Origin: Heterodontus francisci
Taxonomy: Eukaryota
DNA: 64,000 nucleotides
Direction: 5' to 3'
NCBI RefSeq assembly: GCF_036365525.1
Contig: NC_090380.1
Location: forward strand, 102,819,942 to 102,883,941
Of the stretch, positions 62,371 to 64,000 are shown in pieces (the first letter of the stretch is position 1; the number at the start of each line of letters is the position of its first letter). Under the pieces are notes generated by a model, which saw only the letters and a program-made list of their open reading frames with translations, was not told the DNA's origin and did not search any database. The position numbers were made by a program, and so were the translations under genes.

Positions 62371-63159
62371 AAACAAGAAATGCTGGAAATACTCAGCAGG
62401 TCTGGCAGCATCTGTGGAGAGAGAAGCAGAGTTTACGTTTCAGGTCAGTGACCTATCTTCAGAACTGACAAATATTAGAAATGTAAAAGATTTTAAGCAA
62501 GTAACGTGGGGGGTGGGGCAAGAGATAACAAAAGAGGTGTTGATAGGACAAGGTCACAGAGAATAATTTACCAGAAGGTCATGGAACAAAGGCAAACGAT
62601 ATATTAATGGTGTTCTGAAAGACAAAGCGTTCGACAGAGAAGATGTGAATGTAAAGCACAAAGCACTCCAAGCACAAATATTAAAAAACAATTTAAAAAA
62701 CAGAAATGGTGGGTAGACACAGTAGAAACAAACTAACTAAACTAAAAAAAAAATAAAATAAAATAACCAAATAAAAATTCATACCCTCTGTCCTAACGCT
62801 TTGTCTTTCAGCACACTATTAACATACCATTTGCCTTTGTTCCATGACCTTCTGGTCAGTTATTCTCTGACTTTGTCCTATCAACACCGTCTCCTTTGTT
62901 ATCTCTTGCCCCACCCCCCGCTTTACTTGCTTAAAATCGTTTACATTTCTAATATTTGTCAGTTCTGAAGAAGGGTCACTGACTTGAAATGTTAACTCTG
63001 CTTCTCTCTCCACAGTTGCTGCCAGACCTGCTGAGTATTTCCAGCATTTCTTGTTTTTATTACCTTTGAGGGTCTGCTTCTTAATTTGGCGCCTAGTTCC
63101 TTTTCCAGCATTTCTTGTTTTTATTTCAGATTTCCAGCATCTGCAATATTTTGCTTTTA
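62371..63159. mobile_element. Penelope-like inverted (fold-back) insertion with 14-bp TSD
   Basis: CTCAAAGGTAATAA at 62357-70 and 63160-73; inverted arms ~62327-62650 and ~62777-63101. Confidence 0.88.
62961..62997 (+). ncRNA. Penelope hammerhead motif, partly decayed
   Basis: AGUU-CUGAAGA-A-GGGUC-ACU-GACUU-GAA-AUGU-U-AACU. Confidence 0.55.
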
Positions 63160-64000
63160 CTCAAAGGTAATAATCTCTGGATTATTACCCGAGCCACGTG
63201 CAAATTGGCATAGGGCAAATAAGATTAGAGAAATGAATGCATGGCTCAAAGACTGGTGTGGTAGAAATGGGTTCCAGTTTGTGGGGCATTGGCACCAGTA
63301 CTGAGGAAAGTGGTGACTATACCGTTGGGACGGTCTACACCTGAATCGTGCTGGGGCTAGTGTTCTAGTGAGCTGCATAACTAGGGAAGGAGAGAGGATT
63401 TTGAGCTGAATAGTGGGGAAAAGGGGTCAAATTTGAGAAAGTTTGGTAAATCAAGGAGTAGAGATAAGGCAAGAGAGAAAAGTATTAATATGGGAAATGA
63501 TAAACAGACTGTGACTGGAACGGACAGCGTGTATAAATCTAAGAATAAATCAACAGATAAGGCTAGAGGTTACAAAAATAATAAAAGGACAAAACTAAAC
63601 ACTCTGTTTCTGAATGCACGTGGCATTCGAAACAAAACAGATGAACTGAGAGTGCGCATAGAAATAAATAAGTACAATCTGATAGCCATTACAGAGACAT
63701 GGCTGCAGGATGGTTTGGGACCTGAATATTGAAGGGTACATGGCACTTAGGAAGGACAGGAAGCTAGGAAAAGCTGGAGGGGTGGCTCTGTTAATTAATG
63801 ATGATAGTAGAGCAATAGAGAGGGATGACCTAAGTTCAGGAAACCAGGATGTAGAAGGCAAAAAGTCACTTGTGGAGTGGTGTACAGGCCACCTAACATT
63901 AACCACACTGTAGGTTGGGGTATAAAGGAAAAAATAATGGCAGCTTGTCAGATAATCATGGGGGATTTTAATCTACATGGACTATAATATGGGAAAGTGT

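Larger units (their letters stand above)
61710..64000 (+). mobile_element. CR1 (ORF1 plus start of ORF2), same subfamily as 43790; runs off the window
   Basis: Colinear with 44390-46460; FLNARGIRNK..IAITETWL. Confidence 0.92.

Noticed and set aside
340-63906. Many 60-150 aa ORFs antisense to CR1, Tx1 and HE1 (e.g. 340..753, 16259..16597, 22009..22347, 37538..37843, the repeated QTPHRQYPELNPG ORFs)
   Set aside because: Shadow frames of repeats that recur with each copy; not host genes.
1-64000. CRISPR arrays, operons, rRNA, or intact autonomous retroelement ORFs
   Set aside because: Eukaryotic intron/intergenic DNA; no regularly spaced repeats; every LINE ORF2 here is truncated or disrupted.

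Overview
Vertebrate genomic DNA, almost certainly a shark (elasmobranch). The evidence is HE1/V-SINEs, SacSINE1-like DeuSINEs, abundant CR1 LINEs with SGNH-esterase ORF1, and Penelope-like and Tx1 elements. By eye, roughly three quarters of the window is transposon-derived, and nearly all ORF-track entries are retroelement fragments or their antisense shadows. One host gene is supported: an IGSF5/JAM4-like type I membrane protein on the + strand. It has four phase-1 coding exons: signal peptide 38907-38952, Ig1 49262-49576, Ig2 57555-57854 and TM 61042-61158; the cytoplasmic exons lie beyond the window. The most unusual observation is an apparently full-length, ORF1-less CR1-group LINE (4524-8751). 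It starts with a tRNA-like Pol III promoter, is almost free of T4 terminators, and has two different internally deleted SINE-sized derivatives in the same window. Other notable structures: a Tx1 template-jump chimera inside one 12-bp TSD; a Penelope fold-back insertion that copied 45 bp of its own target flank; Penelope minimal hammerhead ribozymes; and a 3.4-kb inverted pair of CR1 copies sharing the same inactivating lesions. Family names come from remembered consensus features, not database searches, and repeat boundaries without a stated TSD are approximate.
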